NCBI GenBank assembly: GCA_016214995.1
Contig: JACRML010000009.1
Location: forward strand, 15,155 to 79,154
Direction of reading: 5' to 3'
Source of the DNA: Deltaproteobacteria bacterium
GTDB lineage: Bacteria; Desulfobacterota; GWC2-55-46; UBA9637
DNA length: 64,000 nt
In this document: positions 27,786-37,670 of the stretch, piece after piece
Layout: each line of letters opens with the position of its first letter
Position numbering within the stretch: position 1 is the first letter of the stretch
The notes under the pieces: model-generated
Told to the model about the DNA's origin: nothing
What the model saw: only the letters and a program-made list of their open reading frames with translations
Databases searched by the model: none
Made by a program: the position numbers and the translations under genes

Positions 27786-29249
27786 ATGGCTCTTGACTTT
27801 ATTTATAGGGTAGGGATTAAATTGATTAAATTTTTAAACAATCTTGGGCTAAAAACGAAACTCTTACTCATGATGCTAACCCTTTGCATTATATCTATCG
27901 GCCTGTTATTCATCTTGTATAATATAGCAGAAAAGAAGCTGATAGTATCTGTAAAAAGATATACAGAGGAGCTTTCATCTGCTATTCAAGTAAGCGTAGA
28001 GCACATGACAGCGGAGGATATAGAAGGAAATGAGGAGATGCTCAAAGAATATGTAAGCCAGTTTAAAAAAAGAGGGATAAGAGAAATTTCAATTCTTAAC
28101 AACGAAATGAAGGTAATTGCCAGTTCTAATCCCCAAAAAATAGGACAGGCAATTGATATGAAAGGGAAAAAAGCGGGAAATACGGAAATTGGCCACAATT
28201 ACCTTTCAGCAGCAGAAAGCCAGCGAAGCTACGATATTATGCTGCCGGTAATAATAGGCTATGAACAACTTGGGTTTGTTCATGTAGCCGTGAGATTTGA
28301 CGATTTTGCAGATATTTTAAGGTCTAATAACTATAAAAGACTTATAGGTACCAGCCTTGTATTTGCAATAGGTATAGCCATATCTATCTTTCTATCAATG
28401 AAATATGTTAGGCCGATAAACAATCTGGCAAAGGCAACGCAAAGGATTACAGCTGGCGATCTGCAGGAAATTCCTGAGGTTAGTGGAAGTGGTGATATCG
28501 GCAACCTGACGAAAAATTTTAATGAGATGGTTAAGGGCTTGAGAGAAAATAAAAAGCTGGAAGAAAAGCTTAATGCGGCTGAGCATCTTTCCAAAATAGG
28601 GCAGCTTGCATCCGGCATAGCCCACGAAATAAGAAATCCGTTGAACTTTATAAATTTAAGCATTGACTATTTAAAAAATGAATATCAGCCTGAGGATTCT
28701 AAAAAAGGAGAAGAGTTTCATGGTTTGGTATCAGGTATCAAGGCGGAGATCAGCAGGCTTAACAACATGATTGATAATTTTCTGGATTACGGCAAACCTC
28801 TTACATTAAGACTGGAAAGATTTTTTGTTGAAGATATAATTCAAGAAGTGCTTGCCATTGCTGATTGCAGAATCAGGGAGCAGCAATTGGAGTTAAAAAC
28901 AAACTTTTCAAAAGATATTCCAGCCGTAAACCTTGACAGACAGCAAATAAAGGCATGTTTCGTGAATATAACATTGAACGCAATCCAGGCAATGTCTTGC
29001 GGCGGCAAACTGTCAGTTACAACTGCCTTAAACAATGGGTTTATTACGGTAGAACTGGAAGATACGGGAGAGGGGATTGCGGAGGATCACTTGACAAAAA
29101 TATTTGAACCATACTTCACAACCAAAACAGCCGGGATTGGATTGGGGCTTGCTATTACCAAAAGAATTATAGAAGAACACAAAGGAAGGATTGACATAAA
29201 GAGCAAGCAGGGAAATGGCACTACTGTGTCAGTAGAATTTCCAATTTAA
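27786..29249 (+). CDS. sensor histidine kinase (TM sensor, HAMP, HisKA, HATPase_c)
   Basis: SGIAHEIRNPLNFI H-box; DTGEGI/GLGL G-boxes. Confidence 0.8.
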   Translation: MALDFIYRVGIKLIKFLNNLGLKTKLLLMMLTLCIISIGLLFILYNIAEKKLIVSVKRYTEELSSAIQVSVEHMTAEDIEGNEEMLKEYVSQFKKRGIREISILNNEMKVIASSNPQKIGQAIDMKGKKAGNTEIGHNYLSAAESQRSYDIMLPVIIGYEQLGFVHVAVRFDDFADILRSNNYKRLIGTSLVFAIGIAISIFLSMKYVRPINNLAKATQRITAGDLQEIPEVSGSGDIGNLTKNFNEMVKGLRENKKLEEKLNAAEHLSKIGQLASGIAHEIRNPLNFINLSIDYLKNEYQPEDSKKGEEFHGLVSGIKAEISRLNNMIDNFLDYGKPLTLRLERFFVEDIIQEVLAIADCRIREQQLELKTNFSKDIPAVNLDRQQIKACFVNITLNAIQAMSCGGKLSVTTALNNGFITVELEDTGEGIAEDHLTKIFEPYFTTKTAGIGLGLAITKRIIEEHKGRIDIKSKQGNGTTVSVEFPI

Positions 29250-29449
29250 TACAAACGTACAAAAAATTGTTACATTAGTGGATAGCCGCGGGCTTTGGCC
29301 TGCGCTATTTATGCACCCATAAATGGTGCGGCTACCAAACGATGTCATTTTATTTATTTTATTGCGTTTGTGTTAATAGCACTGCCTTTTACAGGCAACG
29401 ACTTAGTTGGAAATAGACCACAATGCTACATTTAAATAAAGGAGAACAG

Positions 29450-30868
29450 ATGAAGGAAGGCAATATACTGGTAGTTGATGATGAAAAGGGGCAAAGGGAC
29501 ATTTTAAAAACAATCCTTGCCAATCAGGGTTATGAGGTCTTAACCAGTACCAACGGCATAGAGGCATTAAGGCTTTTTAAAGAGGCTCCCTTTGATGTAG
29601 TCTTAACTGATTTGAAGATGCCTGGATTGAATGGAGTTGAACTTCTGCAGAATATTCTTAAAGAGAAAACCACTGCAAGCGTTGTAATAATGACTGCTCA
29701 CGGCACCATTAATTCTGCTGTAGAGGCAATGAAACTTGGGGCATTTGATTATCTGGTCAAACCCTTTGATATAGACGAACTGCTGGTTGTTGTAAAAAAG
29801 GCAGCTGAGAAAACAAATCTCTTAAAAGAAAATACTATTTTAAGAGAACAATTGGAAGAGAGATTTGCTTTAGACAGCATAGTCGGCAAAAGCGGGGTTA
29901 TGCAGGATGTATTCAGAATCTTAAAAAAGGTCTGCGCAAGCAATTCTACAGTCATCATATATGGAGAGAGTGGAACAGGCAAGGAACTTATAGCGAAGGC
30001 CGTTCATTACAACAGCCAAAGAAGGAATAACCCATTTATGGCAGTAAACTGTGCCGCTATTCCAGAAACATTATTAGAAAGCGAACTCTTTGGATATGAA
30101 AAAGGCGCATTTACAGGGGCAAATGCAAGAAAGATAGGGCTCTTTGAAACAGCTAATGGAGGCACGCTTTTTTTAGATGAGATAGGAGAACTACCTTTTA
30201 CCTTACAGGCAAAGCTCCTCAGGGTGCTTCAGGAAAGAGAGATAAGAAGGCTTGGCGGGAAAGATAATATTAAAATATATGCAAGGATAATTGCAGCTAC
30301 CAATAAGAAATTAGAGGATGAGATAAAAAGGGGGAGGTTTAGAGAAGACCTTTTCTACAGATTAAATGTCATTGCCGTTAAACTGCCTGCACTCAGAGAC
30401 AGGTCAGAAGATATTCCTGAACTTGCCGACCATTTTATAAAAAAACACACCAAAACCCTCAATAAGAAGATGACAAGAATCTCAAAAGATGCAATGGCTC
30501 TGCTTATAAATTATCACTGGCCCGGCAATGTGAGACAGCTGGAATCCGCAATAGAGAGTGCGATACTGCTTGCTGACGATGGTGCCGAGATAGATGCAAA
30601 TCTTCTTCCGCATGAGGTTGCCAATCAGGTTTATCAAACTAACAGAGTTTATCAAACTAACAGAATAGATTTTGGAATACCAGATATTCCACATGGGGGG
30701 ATATCATTTAAGGAATTGGAAAAAGAATTGATAATAAAGGCTATGGAAAAAACAGGCTGGGTTATTGCAAAGGCAGCTCAACTCCTTGGTATGAGTTACA
30801 AAACGTTTCAGTACAGGCTAAACAAATTTGGCATCAAAAGAGAATCAGAAACTATACAGAAAAACTAA
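29450..30868 (+). CDS. sigma-54-dependent response regulator (NtrC family: REC, AAA+ sigma-54 activator, Fis-type HTH)
   Basis: VVDDE...D (receiver), GESGTGKE Walker A, GAFTGA motif, C-terminal HTH. AAGGAG RBS before ATG 29450. Contains an 18-bp in-frame tandem duplication at 30629-30664. Confidence 0.85.
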   Translation: MKEGNILVVDDEKGQRDILKTILANQGYEVLTSTNGIEALRLFKEAPFDVVLTDLKMPGLNGVELLQNILKEKTTASVVIMTAHGTINSAVEAMKLGAFDYLVKPFDIDELLVVVKKAAEKTNLLKENTILREQLEERFALDSIVGKSGVMQDVFRILKKVCASNSTVIIYGESGTGKELIAKAVHYNSQRRNNPFMAVNCAAIPETLLESELFGYEKGAFTGANARKIGLFETANGGTLFLDEIGELPFTLQAKLLRVLQEREIRRLGGKDNIKIYARIIAATNKKLEDEIKRGRFREDLFYRLNVIAVKLPALRDRSEDIPELADHFIKKHTKTLNKKMTRISKDAMALLINYHWPGNVRQLESAIESAILLADDGAEIDANLLPHEVANQVYQTNRVYQTNRIDFGIPDIPHGGISFKELEKELIIKAMEKTGWVIAKAAQLLGMSYKTFQYRLNKFGIKRESETIQKN

Positions 30869-30975
30869 CCGGATACCTTAAATAAGGCAGCGGATATTCC
30901 AAATAAGGTAGTAAGAAGGAGAATATAATTCTGTTACACCAACCAACTTCTTGATTTTACTTATATAATTTATAT

Positions 30976-30991
30976 TGGCATAATTAATGCA
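30976..30991 (+). promoter_or_regulatory. candidate sigma-54 (-24/-12) promoter upstream of the small secreted NPC-repeat protein
   Basis: TGGCATAATTAATGCA: GG and GC are spaced exactly as in the TGGCAC-N5-TTGC consensus. Lies ~45 nt upstream of ATG 31036 and just downstream of the NtrC-type activator. Confidence 0.45.
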
Positions 30992-31035
30992 TAAATCTTC
31001 ATGAAAACTTACTCAATGAAAGGGGGTGAAAATTC

Positions 31036-31416
31036 ATGAAGAAAGTATTGACATTATTAGTAGCATTAACAATTGCTGTAGCAGTGAGCGGTATGGCCTT
31101 TGCAGGAGAGAAAAAGGCAGCAGAGCCAGCAGCCAAAGCAGAGGCAAAAAATCCTTGCGCAGCAAAGAATCCCTGCGGTATGAAAAATCCGTGTGCCGCT
31201 AAGGCAGTTACAAAGGGAGAGGGTGAAGTAACAGCAATTGATGCCAAGGCAAAGACAGTAACTGTTAAGACAAAAAAGGGTGAAGTTATAATATCCATCA
31301 GCGATGCTTCCAACATTACTGTTGGCAAGGAGGCCAAGGATATCAAAGATGTAAAGGTTGGCGATAAGATAAAGGTAACTGTTATAAAGCCAGCAAAGAA
31401 AGAAGAAAAGAAGTAA
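31036..31416 (+). CDS. small secreted Lys/Ala-rich protein with triple NPC(A/G)xK repeat and a beta-rich C-terminal domain
   Basis: Signal peptide MKKVLTLLVALTIAVAVSGMAFA; NPCAAKNPCGMKNPCAAK; strong RBS aaggggg. Confidence 0.6.
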   Translation: MKKVLTLLVALTIAVAVSGMAFAGEKKAAEPAAKAEAKNPCAAKNPCGMKNPCAAKAVTKGEGEVTAIDAKAKTVTVKTKKGEVIISISDASNITVGKEAKDIKDVKVGDKIKVTVIKPAKKEEKK

Positions 31417-31484
31417 TATTGATTTAGCATGGCGGTTATTCCGTCTGTTTCTATCTTTAAAAAATGGAAAGGTGGTGAAAATTC

Positions 31485-31706
31485 ATGAAGAAATTTTTGG
31501 TACTCTTGGTAGCATTAACAGTTACTGTAGTATTTAGCGGCATGACCTTTGCGGCAGAAGAGAAGAAGGCAGCAGAGCCAGCTAAAGCAGCAGAGCCAAC
31601 TAAAGCAGCAGAGCCAGCTAAGAAAAAAGAAGGAAAGAAAGTAAAGAAGGCAAAGAAAGCAAAGAAAGAAGAGAAGAAAGAAGAGAAAAAAGAAGAAAAG
31701 AAATAA
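31485..31706 (+). CDS. paralogous small secreted lysine-rich protein (KKEEKK tail)
   Basis: Near-identical RBS/start context and signal peptide to 31036; AEPAK repeats; (KKEEKK)n C-terminus. Confidence 0.5.
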   Translation: MKKFLVLLVALTVTVVFSGMTFAAEEKKAAEPAKAAEPTKAAEPAKKKEGKKVKKAKKAKKEEKKEEKKEEKK

Positions 31707-31749
31707 GGACACAAATAAACTCAAGGATTAGAAGCCTTGGGTTATGTTT

Positions 31750-31932
31750 TTAAAAGGCTGAAAGGCATTGTCGCGCAATGGCAATGCCTTTTAATATGTA
31801 GGTTTTAACATTTTCAAAAATAAATTCCAAAGATTTGCTTAACCCATTGAATTTAGCAAGGCAACGTTTTGTAAAACCCCAGAAAGTTTCAATGCCGTTT
31901 ATATAAAGTATTTTTATTAACAAAATACACAC
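31750..31932 (-). pseudogene. C-terminal remnant of a DDE transposase (IS1595/ISXO2-like 'NxIE.FW..KR' E-region)
   Basis: Peptide NGIETFWGFTKRCLAKFNG matches the conserved glutamate region of DDE transposases. Only ~60 aa, with no upstream ORF. Confidence 0.35.
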
Positions 31933-33426
31933 TCACTCCTTATCAATCTGTGCCTTCTGTAATCTGCCGCTAAAGTCCCTGTAAATTACCTTCCACTTGG
32001 TGAACATGTCAATTGCCCCGCCTCTTCCACCGGCTTCTCTGTGGCCAAGCCCGCTCTTTTTTGTGCCGCCAAAAGGCAGTTGAATCTCAGCGCCGATAGT
32101 AGATGCGTTTATATAAACAAGCCCTGTATCTAAATCCCTTTCTGCAACGGCAGAGTTGTTCACATCTTGCGTGTATATTGCAGATGAAAGGCCGTATTTC
32201 ACATCGTTTACAATTCTTATGGCATCTTCCAACCCATGTGCCTTTATTACAGATACAACAGGGCCGAATATCTCTTCCTGTGCAATTCGCATCTTTTGTT
32301 TTACATTGGCAAATATGGTTGGTTCTATGAAATAACCGTTGGCACACACCCCTTTTTTATATGTCGTGCCTCCGATAACTAGCTTTGCACCTTCTTTCTT
32401 GCCAATTTCAATATAGTTTAATATTTTCTGCATCTGCGATTTATTTATTACAGGCCCCACATCAGTTATTTTTAAAAGGCCATTACCGAGCCTTAACTTT
32501 GAAACAGCTTTTGTGAACATGTTAAGAAACTTATTGTAAACTGCCTCATGTACTACCACCCGGCTTGCCGCCGTGCACCTCTGACCTGTTGTGCCGAAGC
32601 CTCCCCAGATTGCACCTTCAACAGCTAGGTCAAGCATTGCATCATCCATAACAATAATGGCGTTTTTGCCGCCCATCTCACAAGAGATCTCTTTATCCAA
32701 GGTACTGCACATCTTTGCAAGTTTCTCTCCAATAGCAGTTGACCCTGTGAAAGAAACGCCGTCAACCTTTGGATGTGTTGCAAGATATTCACCGATTTCT
32801 TCCCCTGTTCCGTGGACAAGGTTTAAAACGCCGTCTGGAATACCTGCCTCAACAAGTATTTCTACCAATTTTGTAGCGCATACAGGCGTATAGCTTGATG
32901 GTTTAAATACAACCGTATTGCCGCTGACAAGCGCAGGAAATATCTTCCATGCAGGTATGGCTGTAGGAAAGTTCCACGGCGTAATCATGGCAAAAACGCC
33001 GATTGGAACACGGATGGATTTGCAGTCTTTATTGGGCAATTCAGATGGCACGGTTTCACCTGAAAGTCTTCGCCCCTCGCTACCCATGTAGTATGCCATA
33101 TCTATTGCCTCCTGCACATCCCCGAGGCCTTCTGCCAATACCTTGCCCATTTCACGCGTAACAAGCGTGCCTAATTCCTGCTTTCTTTTGTTAAGCATTT
33201 CTGCGGCCCTTAGGATAATTTCACCCCTCTTGGGAGCGGGGATAAGTCGCCATTTATTGTATAGATTGCTGGCCGCAGAGATGGCTGCATCTATATCACT
33301 TTGACCGGAACGAGGAATAATGCCTATTGTGTCCGATGTATCTGCGGGGTTGATGCTTTTAAGGGTCTTTCCATCAGCTGAATCTATCCATTTACCGTTA
33401 ATAAAATTTTTTATCTTTTCAGTCAT
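31933..33426 (-). CDS. NAD(P)-dependent aldehyde dehydrogenase
   Basis: ALDH motifs [14 protein letters not shown], catalytic GQRCTAASR. Confidence 0.85.
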   Translation of the reverse strand: MTEKIKNFINGKWIDSADGKTLKSINPADTSDTIGIIPRSGQSDIDAAISAASNLYNKWRLIPAPKRGEIILRAAEMLNKRKQELGTLVTREMGKVLAEGLGDVQEAIDMAYYMGSEGRRLSGETVPSELPNKDCKSIRVPIGVFAMITPWNFPTAIPAWKIFPALVSGNTVVFKPSSYTPVCATKLVEILVEAGIPDGVLNLVHGTGEEIGEYLATHPKVDGVSFTGSTAIGEKLAKMCSTLDKEISCEMGGKNAIIVMDDAMLDLAVEGAIWGGFGTTGQRCTAASRVVVHEAVYNKFLNMFTKAVSKLRLGNGLLKITDVGPVINKSQMQKILNYIEIGKKEGAKLVIGGTTYKKGVCANGYFIEPTIFANVKQKMRIAQEEIFGPVVSVIKAHGLEDAIRIVNDVKYGLSSAIYTQDVNNSAVAERDLDTGLVYINASTIGAEIQLPFGGTKKSGLGHREAGGRGGAIDMFTKWKVIYRDFSGRLQKAQIDKE

Positions 33427-33856
33427 GTTAGTTCCTCTTTTTTTAGATAAGACTGCCTCCGATAAATTCGGCCAAAGGCAAAGTCTTTTTTTGTTGTGGG
33501 TAAACCCTAATATTGTTTACTTTTATACCATCTTTTTTTCATGTTTGCAGTTTACTAAATATAGCAGATGGAATATGTACTGGCAAGTAAAAGTAGAATT
33601 TAAAGACTGAGATTTATATGGTTGGTAGTGTAAAACTTATTGATTTCTTTTATCAGATGATATATATAACAATACTAAATCTATCGCAATGATCATAAAA
33701 TAATGATAAGGCCCTTAACTATTTTACCTCGTTAGAAAGAAAGCCCCGCTTTTTGGACTGGGTAAAATATGATAGCGATGATGGGATCTAAAGCGCCACC
33801 CTGATTTTTAACCGGTTTTACAAAAAAACAAAATCTATTTTTAAGAAGGAGCATCT

Positions 33857-34471
33857 ATGTTTCAGAGACATCAAGATATTGTTAGCAGATTGCTGGTGGT
33901 AATTCTCATGATACCATCTCTTATTTTTACATATTATGCTATATGTCTTTCAGCAGAAAAAACCAAAGGAGACAGTAAAATGGAAAAATTAAAGAACGTC
34001 CATGCGGTGCTTCAAACAAAATTCGGCAGCATTGAGATAAAATTTTATCCGGATGTTGCTCCAAATCATGTGAAAAACTTTATAAAACTTGGTAAGGAAG
34101 GCTTTTATGATGGCACCATATTCCACAGGGTTATACCCGGCTTTATGATTCAGGGAGGTGATCCTAATACAAAGGGGCCGGATAAGAATATTTATGGCAC
34201 CGGCGGGCCGGGTTACAATGTAAAGGCTGAATTTAATACGATAAGCCATAAGAGGGGTATAGTATCAATGGCGAGGGCAAAACATCCTGATAGTGCCGGG
34301 TCTCAGTTTTTTATAGTTGTTAAAGATTCTCCGTTTCTTGACAACCAGTATACTGTCTTTGGCGAGGTTGTGAAAGGAATGGAGGCAGTGGATAAGATTG
34401 TCAATCTTCCCAGAGATTCAAGAGATCTTCCGGATGAAAGGGTTGATATGACGGTCAAGATAACAGAGTGA
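33857..34471 (+). CDS. ppiB: cyclophilin-type peptidyl-prolyl cis-trans isomerase (secreted)
   Basis: FHRVIPGFMIQGGDP...SMAR...SQFFI cyclophilin signature; N-terminal signal/TM. Confidence 0.85.
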   Translation: MFQRHQDIVSRLLVVILMIPSLIFTYYAICLSAEKTKGDSKMEKLKNVHAVLQTKFGSIEIKFYPDVAPNHVKNFIKLGKEGFYDGTIFHRVIPGFMIQGGDPNTKGPDKNIYGTGGPGYNVKAEFNTISHKRGIVSMARAKHPDSAGSQFFIVVKDSPFLDNQYTVFGEVVKGMEAVDKIVNLPRDSRDLPDERVDMTVKITE

Positions 34472-34598
34472 TGACAGGTTTACTCAAAATCCTAAATCGG
34501 ATTTTGGAGTTTCCTTTAATCTTGACATGCTTCACCCCTTCTCTTATATTTATCATCAAAAAGAGCGCATAGTATTTGTGATTTACTGATACAGAGCC

Positions 34599-35459
34599 AT
34601 GCCATCCATAAAAAATAATAATCAGAAGCTAGATAAATCATTAGAACAAATTATAAAGGAAAGATTTGTTCATAGTCTGTCTAATATCGTCTATGACAAG
34701 GTTGCAACTCTATGGCATATTGATAAAGAATCTGAAAAGTTCATGGCACGAATGGCTGTGAATGTTGTTGTAGGGATTTTTTGTTTGGAATATCTTTCGC
34801 ATATTAATTCATTGATAAGGGAAAAAGCCAAGATAAAAGAAAATATTACAGCAATAGATCTATCAGACGAAGATTTAATGGCTAAAGTAAAGACTATTAT
34901 TTCTCATAACGAAGAGGCGGAGTCCATTTTTAAGAATGCAGCCAGCCGGTTAAAAGAAATTATAGATTCAGTAGATATAAAAACCCTGGAAGATTTAACA
35001 AAAATAGCTCATACAGGCGATTACCTTTTATCTTCCTTACAGGATATGAAAGATTCCAGTCATAGTGAATATGCAATATGGCTATCTTCAATTCCCCATT
35101 ATTATGAAAAGGATTTAAAACATCTCGGCCTTATTAAAACGGCGAGAGGTGAATGGAATAACTATACTGAACCTTTTTGGAGTGAACAATCTCTTTCAGA
35201 ACTTTTTCACTTTGAAAAGATACATTCTGACCACCGTATTAATCTTAATGCACAACTAGTGCCGGAAACAGCAAAAGAAGGCTATTTCCCTTGTACCAGA
35301 GCAAATCCAACAGAAGGCAACCGACTTTTAAAAGGCAAAAACAAAAGGATTTATTCAGACCCAGTTAGAAAACTTACTTCAAAAAAGCCAAACTCTTCTG
35401 ATGATAAAGCAGTGGCTTTATCATCGCGGCCTTCTGACAGGGCAAGGATAAGGAGCTAA
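34599..35459 (+). CDS. hypothetical protein (AT-rich, no recognisable domain), first of three tightly linked unknown genes
   Basis: 286-aa ORF with upstream RBS-like sequence; K/E/N-rich; basic low-complexity C-terminus. Confidence 0.5.
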   Translation: MPSIKNNNQKLDKSLEQIIKERFVHSLSNIVYDKVATLWHIDKESEKFMARMAVNVVVGIFCLEYLSHINSLIREKAKIKENITAIDLSDEDLMAKVKTIISHNEEAESIFKNAASRLKEIIDSVDIKTLEDLTKIAHTGDYLLSSLQDMKDSSHSEYAIWLSSIPHYYEKDLKHLGLIKTARGEWNNYTEPFWSEQSLSELFHFEKIHSDHRINLNAQLVPETAKEGYFPCTRANPTEGNRLLKGKNKRIYSDPVRKLTSKKPNSSDDKAVALSSRPSDRARIRS

Positions 35460-35462
35460 TGT

Positions 35463-35885
35463 TTGCACATTAAAGAGAAAATCCAAGGTATTGATTTCCT
35501 ATTGAAGAAAATATGTGCAAACAGGAACCCTGCTTTTGTATCGAATGCAAAGTCAAGGAATGTAGAGATGAAAAGGAAGGTACGGTATTCCTTTGATATC
35601 CCACGTGAAGCCAACAAGAGATTTTCTGTGGTTGTCAAAGACAAGGTTTCGTTTGGTAGTGGCAAGGGACCGTTTGATATAGAGATAGTGGTAATTGGTT
35701 TTGTCTTCCTTAAAGATGAAATGAGGGCATCGCAAATAAAGACCCCGCTACGAGATAACGGCAACGCGAATTTTCTTGTAAATCAATGTTTACCGCACAC
35801 ATCGGCTGCTGTTGCTTATCTTACTGACAGAATGGGGTTTAACCCGATCATTCTTGCCCCCAAATATCCAGCCTCGTCAATCTAA
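35463..35885 (+). CDS. hypothetical protein (140 aa), second gene of the unknown triad
   Basis: Starts 4 nt after the upstream stop; no recognisable motifs. Confidence 0.4.
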   Translation: MHIKEKIQGIDFLLKKICANRNPAFVSNAKSRNVEMKRKVRYSFDIPREANKRFSVVVKDKVSFGSGKGPFDIEIVVIGFVFLKDEMRASQIKTPLRDNGNANFLVNQCLPHTSAAVAYLTDRMGFNPIILAPKYPASSI

Positions 35886-35901
35886 AAGGAGGGATAAAGA
35901 T

Positions 35902-36636
35902 TTGCATGTAGACTTTCCGGTTGATGAAAGATCTCTTAGGTATATAGAAGCCATGGAGAACGATCCGGATATAAAAGCAATTATTTCAATTCTTTTGGAT
36001 AAACGAAAACAAGATTTTCATAATTATGCATCTATAATATGTTTTTGCTATAAAGAAGAAGACCTCATAAACCTGCCTGATGTCAAATACCTTCCTGATA
36101 AGGTCAAAGCATGGATCAAGCGAAAAAGTTTTGACCACGATACTAATTATCTTACATTTTTTAAACACTTGTTTTCACTTTACTCTGGTTTTGTCCAGAC
36201 ATACGAAGGGTGGGATAAGCTTGGTAAACATAGGAGTGTAATTCCAGAATCATATGTCTATCATAGGATAAAGGAGAGGTATGCCTCAAAGCCGGAAGTT
36301 AAAGTTGGAAAAGAATGTTTTGTCGTTATAGACGGCTGGAGCAGCCATATAGACAGAACCAAAGATGAGGGACAAAAGGTTGACATAGGTGTGTGGGACT
36401 ACATAGCGCAGCATGGAGAGGCGTATGAGGTAAAGGTCAAGGTTTATATCAAAGAAAAGGAGCATCAGCTTGAATTTCTTGAAACAATAAGGAAACTATC
36501 AAATAAGAGGATAGATGTCTTTCTTGCAAGTTTTGCCCCGAAGCATGTTATACTACAACATCTCAAGTCTTTTTTCCCTGGCAGGGATTTGAGCCAGATA
36601 AATATTTTGGGAGTAGATGAACTGCAGAATATTTAG
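35902..36636 (+). CDS. hypothetical protein (244 aa; TTG start with AAAGGAGGG RBS), third gene of the unknown triad
   Basis: In-frame TTG 7 nt after a strong SD. The longer ORF from 35812 overlaps the upstream gene. No recognisable domain. Confidence 0.45.
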   Translation: MHVDFPVDERSLRYIEAMENDPDIKAIISILLDKRKQDFHNYASIICFCYKEEDLINLPDVKYLPDKVKAWIKRKSFDHDTNYLTFFKHLFSLYSGFVQTYEGWDKLGKHRSVIPESYVYHRIKERYASKPEVKVGKECFVVIDGWSSHIDRTKDEGQKVDIGVWDYIAQHGEAYEVKVKVYIKEKEHQLEFLETIRKLSNKRIDVFLASFAPKHVILQHLKSFFPGRDLSQINILGVDELQNI

Positions 36637-36712
36637 GTGGAAATGTAGAATTCAATTTTTCTATTTTGACCTTCGACTTTCGCATTTTGTATTGCATATT
36701 TCTAGAGATTTT

Positions 36713-37099
36713 ATGAAAAAAGAGGTGATAAATACTAATGATGCTCCTAAGGCAATAGGGCCATATTCACAGGCTGTAAAGGCAAATGGTTTTATATTTG
36801 TTTCAGGCCAAATACCAATAGATCCTGCTACAAGTGAAATTGTAAAAGGAGATATCGTAGAGCAGACCAGACAGGTTCTAAAAAACATAAACAGTATCCT
36901 TGAGGGTGCCGGCGCTGGTCTTAGCGATGTTGTAAAAACAACTGTTTACCTAAAGGATTTAAAAGATTTTGGTGATATGAATCGGATATATGGTGAGTTT
37001 TTTACAGCCACTTTTCCTGCAAGGGCAACTATAGAGGCAAGCAATCTGCCAAAAGGTGTTGATGTTGAGATAGATGCAATAGCTGTGGCTAAGTGTTGA
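36713..37099 (+). CDS. ridA: RidA/YjgF-family reactive-intermediate deaminase
   Basis: [12 protein letters not shown]...[10 protein letters not shown]....TTVYL...ARA..E.. typical RidA, 128 aa. Confidence 0.85.
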   Translation: MKKEVINTNDAPKAIGPYSQAVKANGFIFVSGQIPIDPATSEIVKGDIVEQTRQVLKNINSILEGAGAGLSDVVKTTVYLKDLKDFGDMNRIYGEFFTATFPARATIEASNLPKGVDVEIDAIAVAKC

Positions 37100-37166
37100 G
37101 TGTTGAGCGATCAGTAGCGAGTTGTTTTTTTACTAATCACTGAACACTGACCACTTTTCACTGTTG

Positions 37167-37358
37167 TTATGCTGCCTTTGTTACAGCACCAGACCTCATA
37201 CATCTAGTGCAGATACGTATCCTTTTTGTTTGCCCCTTGTAAATAACCCTTGCTGTCTGAAGATTAGGGTTTCTGCGTCTTCTAGTCTTATTATTTGCAT
37301 GGCTTACATTGTTGCCAAAATCAGGGCCTTTACCACATATTGCACAAACCATAGACAT
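37167..37358 (-). CDS. rpmB: 50S ribosomal protein L28
   Basis: [34 protein letters not shown] matches the L28 N-terminus. Confidence 0.8.
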   Translation of the reverse strand: MSMVCAICGKGPDFGNNVSHANNKTRRRRNPNLQTARVIYKGQTKRIRICTRCMRSGAVTKAA

Positions 37359-37670
37359 GTCTACAACCTCCGTAGAATAATAATCTAAAATGTTTACCAT
37401 ATCTTGTAGCCGATTGCAAGTGTTTTTATAAAATGCTTCTAATCAGGATGTTAAAAAACTCTCTCTATGTCATTCCCGAAGTTTTTATCGGGAATCTAGT
37501 TGTTGTAAAATAAACACCTTATGGATTCCAGTTCTCCGTCTTCACGAGGACAAGTTTCGTGGAAATGACAACTTTCGGTGCAAATATATATCTTTTCAAC
37601 AACCTTTTCTTTTGGCAGAATATTCTTAAGGCCCAGAAATAGGCATTGATTTTTATGGTTAAGGGATAAA

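Noticed and set aside
31457-31724. Minus-strand ORFs 31457..31714 and 31515..31724 with FFSSFF / FLCFL low-complexity translations
   Set aside because: They are antisense to the lysine-rich (AAG/AAA-rich) small protein gene at 31485..31706 and arise only from its low-complexity codon repeats.
36617-36712. N-terminal extension of the RidA ORF ([15 protein letters not shown]...)
   Set aside because: RidA family proteins are ~125-130 aa and the internal ATG at 36713 gives exactly that. The extension overlaps the end of the upstream gene and has no coding character.
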